Source: the human T2T-CHM13v2.0 reference genome, Homo sapiens. From it: a DNA stretch of 64,000 nucleotides. Of the stretch, positions 11,042-32,835 are shown piece after piece (the stretch's first letter is position 1; each line of letters begins with the position of its first letter). The stretch is from NCBI RefSeq assembly GCF_009914755.1, contig NC_060933.1. One strand, 5' to 3'. The position numbers and the translations under genes were made by a program. The notes beneath the pieces are model-generated. The model was not told the origin of the DNA and ran no database searches. It saw nothing but the letters and a program-made list of their open reading frames with translations.

Positions 11042-13467
11042 TAATGAACTTCCTAAGTTTTGTTTATCTGGAAATGTCTTATTTCTCCTTAATTCTTGCA
11101 GCATAGTTTTGCTGGATATATAGAATTCTTGTTTGACTTTTTTTTTTCTTCAGTCTTTAAATATATCCCCCATTGTCTTTTGGCCTCCCATGGTTTCTGA
11201 AATCAGCTGGTAATCTTATTGAGAATCTCTTGTACATAATGAGTTACTTCTCTCTTGCTGCTTTTAAAATCTTTGGGTTTCAACAATTTGACTATAATTT
11301 GTCTTGGTGTGGATCTCTGAGTTTATCCTTCTTAGAGTTTGTGAACTTCTTGGGTATGTATATTCATGCTTTTCATCAGATTTCAGATGTTTTGTCATTA
11401 TTTCTTCAATTTTTTTAATGCCCTGTTCCCTCTCTTCTCCTCCTGAGACTCCTGTGATGAGGTACATTTGATGGTATCCCTGAGGCTCGTTTATTTTTCT
11501 TCTCATACTTGATAATTTTAATTGTCTTATCATCAAGAATACTGATCCTTTTTTTTCTGCTTAAATTAGTTGTTGATTGCCCCTAGTGAATTGTACATTT
11601 CAGTTATTGTATTTTTGCTTCCAGAATTTCTGCTTGAGTCCTTTTTTTCTTTTTACTAATTTCCATCTCTTTATTGATAGTTTCATTTTGTTCATACACC
11701 ATTTTTCAGATTTCCCTTAACTCTTTGCCCATGGTTTCCTTCAGCTCTTTGAGCATATTTAAGACAGTTATTTTTTTTTTCCAAAAGGGCCATTGTTTCC
11801 CAATTTAATTTGAGGTCATAATAAAACAAGCAACAAAGCAGTATTTGAGATTTCAGCTTCTCACCCTTATCATCAAACCTCCCATCATCAATATTTATTG
11901 AGCATTTACAGTAAGACAGTTAAAGTCTTCATCTACTATGTCCAATATCTGGGCTTCCTCAGGGATAGTCTCTGTCAAATTCCTTTCTTCCTGTGAATGG
12001 GCCATACTTTCCTATTTCTTTGTATTAGTAATTTTTTGTTGATAACTGGGCATTCTGAATATTACAGTGTGGTATCTCTAGAAATTCAATTTTTTCACTC
12101 CTTAGGGATTGCTGATGTACACTTGTTGAGAACTCTGCCATCAATTTGTGGTGACTTTTTCAAACGGTTTTTTGCAAAGTGTGTATTCTTTGTTTTGTGG
12201 GGTTACTGAAATTTCTGTTTATGACCTGACAAAGGGTTCTCTTCCTTCCCCGCAAAAAGATTCTGTCCCTTTAAATCTTCTGATATATGTGGCTCAGGAA
12301 GATCCTGAAGCCCAAGAGGGCTGAAACAAAGCAAGCCTGTCCCTTAGGGAACCAGAAGACAAACCCAAATGCAAAACCCCTCATTTTTGGAGGACAGGGT
12401 TCCCCCTGCCCACTCAGTGACCACCCAGCTACTTCAGGAATGTGGGCTGCTATCCCCACTGTGTTGGTTGGTAGCTAGTGCATGCATTATGCTCTCTTCT
12501 GAAAGACCAGCAACCTCTCCCTTCATCAAGTACCACCCCCCCTGCTTGTTATAAGTGTCCAATCGGGCTCCAGACTTCTGAAAGAGTCGATTCCAATTGC
12601 TCTTTCCACCTCAATAGTTGCTTTGGTGGAGGGACCAACCCCTATAACTTCTTACTCTGCCATTTTGTATGATGTTTTTCTGTAGTTTAATTTTTAACAT
12701 TTTAAAATCTTTCATCCATTTGGAGTTTATTATGGTATATGATGTGTGAGGGTTATTGGGTCATAACTTAGAATCTATATTTAATACTGGATTGGGACCT
12801 TAGAGTTGTAATCCTCACGTCAGAGCTGGAGAATCCATCTGGTTTCCAGAGTGCTAAACTCAGCAGCAAGCTCCTTACATCTTGTTTTTTGAAGGATGGC
12901 TTATGACAGGATAGGGAAACCATAGGAAGAGGAGGAAATGAGTGTCAGGAGAGATGTAGTCAGGACAGCCATGGCCAGAGACAGAAATATTGGGTTGCTC
13001 TTGGGGAAGGATGGGATGCAGAAGGCATGGGGTTGAAGATGGAGGTACTGTTGGGAGGGGGATAAAGAGGTGGTGTTTCATTCTAAGGTCCACAGAGTAG
13101 AGGGGCTGGAATTTGGTGGCCTAGAGGAGAAATAATTGAGCTCTTGAGTCTGAGGTTTTCAGACTCAAGAGACCTTAAGGCTGAGACCTTAAGCAGGGCA
13201 GGGAGTGACTCTGTTGGCAAGAAGCTGGTGTTCCTGGAACAAGACTAGGCAAAAACAAGGAGATAAGATTTCTTGGATCTTTTACCTGGTCTAGAGGCAG
13301 ATCCTGGAACCAGAAAGTTTTAAATTCCCAGCTCCCTGGTTTCCCCACCTGCCTAATGGGAGTGACTAAGAAAGTAGTGAGCAGCCTGTCTCTGAGGAAT
13401 TCTCAGACAGATAGAATAGCATGGGCTTGGGAGGGGGCATGCAGATAATTCCGAAGTCATATTATAT

Positions 13468-13625
13468 TAGTTTGCTTCCAAACTTGGCTGCACTTCAGAA
13501 TCACCTGGGTGACTTTTTAAAAACAGAATTAGAAGCAACACGCCAGACCGCCTTAAATAGAATCTCAGAATAGAGCCAACAAATGTGTATTTTTACCAAG
13601 TTCTGCAGGTAATTCTAAGCATTTG
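13468..13625. mobile_element. MER5-like hAT-Charlie relic
   Basis: aaacttggctgcac..agaatcacctggg...tgtatttttaccaagttct..aggtaattcta pattern. Confidence 0.6.
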
Positions 13626-15577
13626 GTGGGGTGGGGCTGGGAGAGCCACTTGGGCCTATTCTGCTCCCCATCCCACACTCTAGATTGACACAGAGCCGGT
13701 GAAAGGGAACAAAGTTGGTCTGGGGAAAGGAAAGCTGGAGTGATGCCCCCTCTACCTCCCCTGGAGGAGGAGACTTTCTCGCCTGGCACAGATTGTAGAA
13801 AAAAAGGGGAGATGGCAGGGAAGAGGAGGGGGCTGTACCTTTTTCTTTCCTAAAAGCTTAGGCTTGCTTTCTCTCCAAGATACCTGCCTGTCTCCCTTAC
13901 CCTTATTCATGCCATGAAAGAAGCTTCTTGTTGTGTCAGATGGTGTGCACAACCCCCTAGGTCCCATCTCTGCCTGGTCTTCCTAGATGCAGGAATCTAG
14001 GTTGATTAGGCATCAACCCTAAGCCCCTGCCTGTGAACTTGAGCCTGCAGTGGTAGAGCAGTCTCAGGGAGATGTTACATCCTGGAGATATTGAGGTCTG
14101 TCTGCTTGGTGCTGGAGCTTAGAATCAAGGTTAGGAGCCCTAAGGGAAATGAAGGAAGCAGTAGGGGCTTTTCTGGAGGTGGAAACCTGGCTGGACAAAA
14201 TCCAGCGCAGAAAACAGCTGCCCTGAGAGTGAGGATGGGATAGCGAGTCCCTACCCCGTCTCCAGTCTGTGAGTGGACCTGGTGGCAGGGGTGGTGAGAG
14301 GGAGGCACTGAAGCAGGGTAGAAGAGAGTGAGGAGCTCGGATGATGAGAGAGCCATTACCCTTTTCTGGGACCCCAAGTCTTCTGAGCCATTCCTCTGCC
14401 CTCAGCTGCTGGCCTGGGTTTATTGTACCCCACAGCCCCACTTGAACTGTAAGCTGGGTTTGGGGATTTGGAGCCTGCAGCTTTGACCCAAGCTCCTCTC
14501 AGTCCTCAGACCAGGCTGGATGCAGAGCTTGGGGAAGGGGACACAAAGACTCAGATGGCTGCACATCCGAGATGTGGGTCTCCACCTACAGTTCCAGTCC
14601 TCTGGGTGAAGATGTTGGCTTGGTGAGCTCCTGAGAGAAACTGGCTACTTTGTGACAACCTCTGGGATGGCCTAGGTGCAGAGGAGTGCTTCACTGGTAC
14701 CTGGGGTGAAGGATAAAGGAGGTACACATGGCTGATTTCAGCCCTACCCGTGATGATGAATTCACCAGACTGAGATCCTGGGAGGGGGAGAGGAAGTGTG
14801 CTTATTCACACCTACCTCAGCAGGCCCACTACCTCTCTAGGACAGGCACCTGGAGTAGACATCCTAGGTGTGGGTGTTGCAAGAGTCTGGAAATCCCCTA
14901 ATTGGAAAGGGCCACATTCCCTTCAGTCTCAGGCCCGTTTGCTCTTGCCTGGTGGGGTTTCCAGGGCAGCAGATGCTCCCAGCTTGGCAGGCAAGAGCCA
15001 GGGAGGGGTATGGCGGGAATTTCAGCTCAAGGGCTAGGCAAGTCCTGGAATAGGATTGGGGTGGGCTGGGGCCCATGGGCCTGTATATCCAACAAAGGTC
15101 AAAGGGCCTGGGTGCGTTGCTGCTCCTGGGTTCTCAGCGGAGCATTGAGCCCTCTAGAAATAAGATGCCCTGTGGACTGTGCAGCCGTTACTGAAGGAGC
15201 TACTCAGTTTCTCGGAGTCATAAGTGTGCAAAATGTGTGTGTCTAGTGTAGTTGCATGCATTCATCAATGTGTAGCTCTACCAAGGGTTAGGGTTAGAGT
15301 TAGGATTATGCTTAGAACAGCATTGATGTTGTGGTTCCAAATTGGATAGGGCTGGAATCATGGTGATGTTAAAGTAGGATTTGGAATTGGGTTTGCGGTT
15401 CCTGTTGATAGAAACAGGCGTATCTTAGATGAGGATTGTGTTAGGGTTGGAGTAGGGCACTGCTTGCATTTAGGATTTGGATTAAGAGTGAGGAGATCTT
15501 AACCTAAATCCTAAATGATCTTAATCCAAGGAGATAAATTTTGTGTTGGAGGTTGCTTTTAAGTTTTCTCTCTCTCC

Positions 15578-15950
15578 TTTTTTGTTTGTTTTGTTTTGCT
15601 TTGTTTTGTTTTGTTTTGTTTTGTTTTGTTTTGTTTTGTTTTGTTGAGACAGGGTCTCACTCTTGTCACCCAGGCTGGAGTGCAGTGGTGCAATCTCAGT
15701 TCACAGCAACCTCAGCTTCCCAGACTCAAGCTATTCTCCAGCCTCAGCCTCCTGAGTAGCTGGGACTACTGATGTGACCCACCATGCCCAGCTGTTTTAT
15801 TTTATTTTACTTTTGTACATTTTTTTTGTAGAAAGGGGGTTTCACCATATTGCCCAGGCTGGTCTCCAACTCTTGAGCTCAAAGCGATCTGCCCACCTCA
15901 GCCTTCCAAAGTACTGGGATTACAGGTGTGAGTCACTGCACCCGGCCTGG
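15578..15950 (-). mobile_element. AluJ-type with (TTTTG)n tail
   Basis: Pentanucleotide microsatellite tail at ~15578-15645, then reverse dimer. Confidence 0.9.
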
Positions 15951-18070
15951 TTTTAAGCTTTCAAGCTAGTCTGGAGAGGGACTTACGCTTCTGCATAACG
16001 TGTGGTATTGATCTGATGTAGATGACAAGTTGTTGGCTGTTTTCCAGGACCTCCACAGGTGAGGGGCACAGAGTGGCCCCTGCAGCTATGATCCAGCTAG
16101 AGGAGGGAGGCATTCAGCTCCTGGGGAGAGGGCAGATCAGTTTTCTATCTCAAACTTATTTGGCCATGTAAACATTTTTGGATCACACCCACCAGCATTA
16201 TCTGTCTGGGTACAGTTGTTCCCAGAGTCTTATTTGAAAAACTATGGTTTAGAGTTTTCTTTGGGAATGGGGTTGGAGTTGGGTTTAGAGGTGTGGTCGA
16301 TAAGGTTGGGATTGTGGGTTAACATGAAGTTTAGGCTAGAGCTACATATGAGATCATGTCTTGTGTAAGGGTTTTCTAACTGGGGAACCAGGACCTGGTT
16401 CTTCATGGTTTCCCGAGGATAACGTGGACTAAGTGTGTCTACCTGGTTTGTTCTTCCCTTGTGTCTGCTATGTCAAAGAGTCTGAGAGTCAGGACCCTTC
16501 AAGGATGGAGCCAGCAGTAAATTGGGGGCCCTCGGGGAGATGGGTGTGTAGGTGAAGGATGAGGCTGCTGAAGAGGGCAGTGGGCTCTCTTCCTGACCCT
16601 GACATTCTTTAAGAGCACACAGCCACATTGTTGAGACCAGGGGTATGCACGTGAATCCAAAGCTATCCTATTAAAGGACAAGCAATAGGACAGAAACGAC
16701 AAACCAGGATTTAAAGGAGAGATGAACCTGGTCTGAGGTGGCCTAGAGGATTTATGGAGGAGAGGGTCTTTGCAGGATGGATTTGGACTGCATTTGTATC
16801 TGTGGGTCTGTTAGATGGGTTCTGTGTGCAAACCTGTCTTTGTGTCTGCATGTGTGTTTGTGCCCGTGTCTGCTCAGGCATGTCTGATGCAGGGTGTTCA
16901 TGGGTCCATGTGAGTTTGTCTTCCTTGACGTGTTTGTCCTTACTCTGAACTAGTTTCTGAGTGGCACGGTTGACTTTTGTCTTTTTCTGTATGTACCTGT
17001 GTGGTGGGATGTCTGTGTCCATGTGTCTTTGACTGTGTGTATTTGATTCTTCCCTGGCCCCTTACTGTATCTTCCACCTCCCCTGACATACCCCAGCTGC
17101 TGGTACTATTTACCGCAAGGAGGGCTTCCCTTCCCGCCGTCTGGATTCCCATGGGTCAGTCTGCCTGCCCAGGGACCTGCCCCTGTGGCCTTTGTAGCAG
17201 GCCTGACCTTGGAAGTGACACATTCTGGAAATCCCCTAATATGCTACTTGCCTAGCCACTAGCTGAGTGTTTATAGTGGAGGAGAGGGACAAGGCAGAAA
17301 AGGGGGGCAGTTGGCAGCACTCACCCCTCCTTCTGGAAACTGAATCTCACTGGCCCCTTCCCAGGCCCCCCTCTCCCTCCCCATGCTCTCTCAGGGTCCT
17401 GGCCTCACTGTTTCTGGGCCTGAGAATGCACAGACCTCTGCAAGACTGGTCAGCCCTGTGAGGCATCTGGTCCTTTGTGTCCCCAAGCACTTTACATGCC
17501 TGCTTTGTGCTTACCTCTCATATTCCCACCTGAGCTCAAGGAAGTCCTTTCTTCTCTTCTGTCCCTGCAGAGGACACAGGGGCTATTCTGGCCCTTCCAT
17601 CTATGGTAGGCCTGGCCTAGACCATGGGCTCCAGAGGCCAGGTAGAGTATTCAGCCCTGGTTAGCTGGTTAAGCAGCAGAGGCCCAGCCACCTCCCACAT
17701 GGTGCAGGAAGCAGTGTCTCCATGGAGTCTATTCCTGTGTTCATCCTGTGTGCCTTGCCTTCCCTGCCTGGGCTGCAGTGAGCAGGTACAGAAGTGAAGC
17801 AGCCATGGTCCCTGCCCTCAACAACTCAGTGTTGAACACAAGTTATGTTGTGGAGAAGCCACCCTCCTCCCACTGCTGGTGGTCGGTTTCCTGAAATTCC
17901 CTCCAGCCAATTCTGAAGTGCCCTTCTGGAAAGCCCAAGAGAAGAGCTCTAGAAGGTCGGGGCCATTCACCATGACATGATGTTACCTGAGTGTGCCAGA
18001 GGTGAACCCAAAGATCCCAAGCAAGCACTGATGTATTCCTAGCATCTACCCCCAAACCTGAAGTAGTAAA

Positions 18071-18393
<323 letters not shown>

Positions 18394-19201
18394 TGAGTTT
18401 GTACTCTACATGTGAATTTTGCTTCTTGCCTCTCTTCACCCTGGGGAAGATAGAAGGTGGGGTTGTGCTGGGGTTATGGGATGGGATGAGCAAAGCTTCA
18501 TCTGCCATCAGCATCCTGCATGAATCATAGGCTCTGACCCTGACTTTGCTTAGCTCTCAACTTTGCTGAGAACTCAGAATCCTGAAGGTATCAGTTCCAG
18601 CTCATCTTTGCCCCCAGTTCTGTCATGGGACTTTAGTTAGCAGCATGAGCCCATGCTGGCCTCAGGCAGGTGGGAGCCTGTAGGGAACCATGGGAGGGAC
18701 CTGCTCCACCCTAAACCAGGATGTATGCACGCTAACCCCTGGCTTCCTACCTGATGCTGCTGTGACCCTCCTGAGTCAATTCCCTTCATTCTGGGCCTCC
18801 CTCTGTTCTAGCTGTGTGGCTGCCTGCCCCACTCCCACCAGGCAGGGAGGATGTGCCTGTCACAATACCTCCTTTGATCTTTGGGAATGCTTTAGGAAAA
18901 CATCTGTTGAATGTTGGTTCAGCAGGTTTGGGCCTTGTGCCTCTCTGCCCTGGGGACCATGTATGGGCTGGGCCCCCATCCCTTAGGCACAGAATCAGCA
19001 TTCAGAGCAGGGACATATCCATGTTTCTTCCCATCCTGCCTCTTCTGTATCCAAGCAGTGGACACATTGTGCTAAATGCTGGGGTCCCATCAGAGGAAGC
19101 AAGTCCTGCCACCTCCTCCTCCTAGTGATGAGATGGTGAGTGATCCTGGGTTTCCGTAGGAACCAGGGGCATCCCACTGTCCCTCAAAACATGTCATAAA
19201 G

Positions 19202-19513
<312 letters not shown>

Positions 19514-20199
19514 AAAACATGTCATAAAGAAGTCACAGCACTTCCTGCCCTTTTTCCAGCTCTTGGCTCCTCTGTGGTAGGTCAGAAGGGGAATGCAGAG
19601 GTGCCACCTCCTGAGGGATAATAGCTGTCCAAAATCGATGTCCCTTCCATCTTCTCAGGGCAGCTTCTTTGTCTTCCTGCTTCCCAATCCTCTCATCCCA
19701 CCCATATAACCTCCCTGGTCCCTCACCTCACTGAGCACTAGGATGCCATCTCTGCCCTGTTTCTCCATCTCCAGCCTCATGCTCTTGCGCAGTCTCCATG
19801 CATTTAGAGCTTTCTCTGTGAGCTCTCCTGCTGGTACAGTGTTCCAAGAGCACCTGCTGCACAGATATCAGCAGCAGCTTTGATCACCTTTTCACCCACC
19901 TATGTACTCACAACCAACTGCTTGGGACCTAACAGAAACTTTCCATGGTAACTTCCAGAATCTTTCTCCACCTCCAGCTTTCCCGCTTTGGTTCTCCATA
20001 CGGTTCCCCCTTCCCACAGACACGGTCCCTTCCCAGGTCCTCACTCATCCCTCTGGGTCTTTGCCCACACTCCCTTATATGTGGAAGAATCCTTTCTTCT
20101 AATCCATGAAGTCCTCCCTCATTAACTCTACCTTCTCTCTACCACCAGTGAAGTTCTGTATTTTTAGCCAAAGCCAGACTGTCAACTTGGGGACTTGCT

Positions 20200-20435
20200 C
20201 CCATTCCTTCACTTCTGAACCACAACATTGTTCCAGCAGTTCTCCCCTTGAGCTCCTGCATCATTAATTTATCCATCTCCACTGGATGTTTTCCATTAAC
20301 ATCCACCATGCTATGTCTCCAGTCTTTTTTGAAAAGCCATTTTGGGTTCTAATGCCTCACATTTCTGTATCTTTATTTGAACAGACCTCTTTGAGGAGTT
20401 TATGTTACCCTTTCTAACACTAATTGCTGTCTTTC

Positions 20436-20472
<37 letters not shown>

Positions 20473-21665
20473 GAGTTTTGCTCTTGTCGCCCAGGCTGGA
20501 ATGCAATGGCACAGTCTGGGCTCACTGCAACCTCCACCTCCTGGGTTCAAGTGATTCTCCTCAGCCTCCTGAGTAGCTGGGATTACAGGTGCGCACCACC
20601 ACGCCCAGATAATTTTTGTATTTTTACTAGAGACAGAGTTTCACCATGTTGGCCAGGCTGGTCTCGAACTCTTGACCTCAGGTGATCCACCTGCCTCGGC
20701 CTCCCAAAGTGCCAGGATTACAGGTGTGAGCCACTGTGCCCAGCCGTCCACTCTCTCTGGAATCCACTCCAGTCACACCTTCATCTCCATCATTCACCTG
20801 AGGCTGCTCCTGTTAAGGTCATCAATGATCTCTGTGTGGCTAAATCTAACACGCCTCATCTTAATTGGCTGACTGGCAACTTTTCATGCAGTTGATCTCT
20901 CCTTGAAAAACATTTTTGTTTGGCTTCTAGTATTCCACACTCATCTTGTTTTCCTTCCATCTCACTGGCCACTGCTTGTCAGTTTCCTCTGTTTACTAGT
21001 CCCTCCTTTACTTTCCAGTTTCTTAACATAGAAGAGTCTCAGGGCCTACTCCTTAGATGTCTCCATTTACACTTAGTTGTTTGGTGTGTTATCCAGTTGC
21101 ATGGTTTTTTCTTTCTCACTCTCTCTGTATTATCTGAAGCCAGGACCCTCCCTGAGGACCATCAGGCTTCTGTGTTGAGGATAAACTGTTGGTTGAATAG
21201 TCTCAGGATGAAATGGGGAGATTAGTTATGATGCTACTGGAGTGATGGTAGCAGTAGAGAGGGTGAGAAGTGGGCATTTTCTCGATGCATGCTTGAAGGT
21301 AGAGAGAACAGGATTTACTGTGGGTTAGGAAAAAAATCAAGGATAACACCATTGTTTTTGTCCTAAATAACTGGAAAGATGGAGCTGCCATTCACTGAAG
21401 TGAGAAATATCATGAATACAGTGGGTTTGGTATGTGTGACTGAGTGGTGGTGAAGGGTAGAAAACCAGTTCGTTTATTTTTGTATGGTTTGAGATGAATA
21501 TTGGACTTCTAAGTTTATAATTTGACTGGACAATTTGGGAGTAATAGACTGTCGACCCCATGGGATCATGAGCTCCACTGGGTCAAGGCCTGTGTCATGT
21601 TCATTGATGTGTTTTGCATAGTTCTTGGCACGTAATAAACACTCAGATATTTAATTGTTGAAAAC
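20200..21665 (+). mobile_element. L2 relic with internal inverted segment and Alu insertion
   Basis: L2 motifs ctcctgttaaggtcatcaatgatc (+), a reversed block at ~21105-21557, and the L2 3' end gagctcc...ggcacgtaataaacactca (+). Confidence 0.7.
20440..20745 (-). mobile_element. AluS-type with (CT)n tail
   Basis: Reverse dimer after a (CT)n run. Confidence 0.9.
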
Positions 21666-22266
21666 AAGATGCTTCTCAAAGTAATTTTTATTATGGGTTC
21701 CTCCTCACCAGCTGATTGCTTCCTCCTGTGGCACTACCACACACCTCATAGCCCCATTAAAATGATCAATGCTTTGTCTGTCTCCACAGCCCTGACTTTG
21801 GATTCAACTAATGTAAGGTCTTACTATGCATTAGCCACTCTCCTAGGCCCTGGAGTTATGGGACAGTGGAAAATATTCTGGTGGGATGGATGGTAAATGT
21901 TCAGAAATCAAGCATGACCTTTAACTTCAGTGCACTCTAGATAAAAGCTTTTCTTCTTTGATGTGGAATGGTGACCCATCTGAAAGGTAAGTTAAAGCTC
22001 CTTCCCTAGACAGGAAGGACTTTTTAGCCTCCCTCACACCTTCCCTTAACACAATACAGCAGAGACAAGGAGCAGACAGACAATGTATTGCTGAGAAATA
22101 TAGAGTGTATTTCTAGTGGCATCTGTCCCACCTGCACATTTATGGAAATGACAATACTGGTCCTCTGGAGGGCTGCAGCAGTTGGGGAGCCTATAAACTC
22201 TTTTTCATGGCTCTGCATATTCTCCTTGAGCGGACCAATGTTTCTATCTGAGGTGAGGGTCAGGAG

Positions 22267-28465
<6,199 letters not shown>

Positions 28466-30162
28466 CTAAACTTCATTAGCATGAGATCAGCCATCCCTCT
28501 ATCTCGGAATTCAGGGTTCTGGTGCCTAATGAATCCCAGTGCTAGGCCTTGTCATGTCCACCTCACAGAGGACGGAACTAGGCCACCAGACTGCATCACA
28601 AAGCCCTCCTGTTTCATAAGGTACATGTAGTAGGGAAGCTCATGTGGTGATTCAGTCTGTAGATGAGGGTGTTTTGAGCCTGGGACTGAAGGTGCCACAA
28701 GCAGTGTCTATTTCCTAGTCTGTCTTCACTTTCCACTCCCTATACCAGCCTGATGCCTCGGCTCTCTCCTTCACAACTGTATGGTCACCTGTCCTCAGAA
28801 AACTGAGTGCTTTGGCACAGGGGTCACCTCATAAGAAGGGGTGGATAGGCCGGAGGAACCTCCACTAACTCTCCCACTAGTTTTGGTAATATACCTGAGA
28901 AACACACATGAATTTAGGGAGGGCGGAGTCTGGTTATGGCTTGGAAATGGAGATCTTTGATGTTTTAGGCAATGGGTGATTGGTAACAGAGGTGCAGGAA
29001 GGGGACCATGGCTGATGTGGTAGGGTGGTAGGGAGAGGCCAAGGTGGTTGTACGTATCTGGTCTGTGTGGCCTCAAGCTTGCAGATGGGTTGGGACTGTA
29101 AATGCTACCTTCCATGGAGGCACATTCATGCTCAGGGAGATGAATGCCTGCAGAGATGGGTTAGTGGCCGCTTCTGACTGTGGGTCACAAGTGACTAGTT
29201 GCTGTTCATGGTTGGATGTATGCTGTTTGCCTGAGGATGTTTTTTTTGTTTGTTTGTTTATTTTTCTCAAATCTGTATTTTGTAAATTTTTAGGCAGGGC
29301 ATGTGTTTTCCAATTCAGCTTCAGGACCCATTACTTCCATAGCCAGACTATTGATTTACCTGCCTAGCTTTTGTAGATATTGTGATATGCCACCAACACC
29401 TCAGTATTCCTGAATTTCCTTGAGAGAGTTCTGCTCTGGTAATGGTGTCTCAGGCCAAGAAACCTTTGGGCTGAAAATCTCTGAAGAGGCTTTGGTCCTT
29501 CCTCAGTATCCAGCCCACCCAGCAGATGTGGTAAGCACCCAATATGTGCTCAGCCCTAAGCTGGGGAGTGTTGAGGATACAAAGACATTTGAGCCGCATT
29601 GGCTTTCTGCTTTCAAGATACTTAAAAATGTAGTTTCAAAGACAAGACTAATTCATACAAAGCAAGAGCCAACAATCACTACAAATAGACTTATATACTC
29701 ATTCGTAAGGCTCTGGCCACAAACATTCCATTTCAGAGAAGAGAAATCATAGTGAGGATCATGGTCATCAGAGAGGGCTCCTGGGTAGTCAAAGTTAAGT
29801 TTAACAGTGCAGGTTGTGGGTAAAAGGACTCTTCCTGGTGGGAGAAAAACTTACCAGCTCATGCTGAATCTAGGGAATGGGCCATGGAGTTCATTTGGCA
29901 ATAACAAATGCAGTGTATCTCTAGCAGAATATAGAAGGGTGGACTGGAGAGCAATTGTGAGAAAGATTGGAGGATCAGGATAGAGGCCTCTTGATGGAGG
30001 GAGGGCCTTTGTATCTATTTTATTTCAATCCCTAAGACTATTTTTTTTAAAGTAAGCATACTTACACATGGCACAAAATTTAAAAGGCAGAAGAGTGTAT
30101 AGCTGTCTCTCATCCCTGTCTCCTCCTATTTTTCTTCCTCGTGTATCTCTCTTTTAAAAAAT

Positions 30163-31762
<1,600 letters not shown>

Positions 31763-32536
31763 ACTCCTGTATCTTTCAGAATTAATTTAGCATGGGAAGC
31801 ATAAATAAATTGATATATTTTCTTCATAAATGGAAACATGCTAGATACTGTTTTCCCTTTTCTTTTAGTTTTAATTATTATGAATATATCTTCTGTATAT
31901 AATTTTCTTTAATGTTTGTACAGTCTTCTTTGGTAAAACTATAACATGACTTATTTTCAATCCTATATCCGTGGATATTTCTTTAAAGTTTTTTTGTTCT
32001 ACCAAATAACACTGACATGAACCTCATGTGTATAAGTTCTTGTACACTGGTATGAGTATATAACTAGGAGAAATTCCTAAGAGTTGAATTAATGGGTCAA
32101 AAGGTGTGTGTATTTTAAATGTTGATATTGCATAATTGCCTACCAATTGTATGAATTTGCACTCTCACCAAAACTCTGTAAGGGTGCCTCTCTTCCTATG
32201 CTTGTTGACTCAATATTATCAAATTTTTGATCTTTGTCGATATGAGAAGTGCAAATTTGTATTTTATATATTTATAAATGTGTTTCAATGTATGATAATC
32301 ACCTTTTTGCTTCTTTTCTGTGAAATATCTCTTCCTATTCTTAGCTCACAGATTATTGGGCAAAAATCACTTATTGATATGTAAGTGTTTTTTAATATTA
32401 AGAAATTATATATGTATCAGAAATACTTTTTCTCAGTTTGTCATTTGATATTTATAATGAGTTTTTGCCACATGTAAATTTTTGGATTTTATGTAGTTGA
32501 ATTTATTAGTCTTTTATTTTATGGCTTCTGTGGGTC

Positions 32537-32835
32537 TTTTTTTTTTTTTGAGACGGAGTCTCACTGTGTTGCCATGATGCTGGATTTCAGTGGTGCCATT
32601 ATGGCTCACTGCAACCTTGATCTCTTGGGCTCAAGCGATCTTCCCACCTCAGCCTCCCTAGTAGCTGGGATCACAGGCATGTGCCACCATACCTGGCTAA
32701 TTTTTATTTTTATTTTGTAGAGATGGGGGTCTCCTGTGTTGTCCAGGATGGTTTTGAACCCCTAGTCTCATGCAATCCTCCTGCCTCGGCCCTCCAAATT
32801 GCTGTGATTACAGGCATGTACTACTGTGCCCGGCC
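32537..32835 (-). mobile_element. AluJ-type
   Basis: Reverse dimer inside L1ME-like sequence. Confidence 0.85.

Noticed and set aside
13386-13410. Imperfect hairpin ctgtctctgag-gaatt-ctcagacag
   Set aside because: Short stem with a bulge, compatible with chance.
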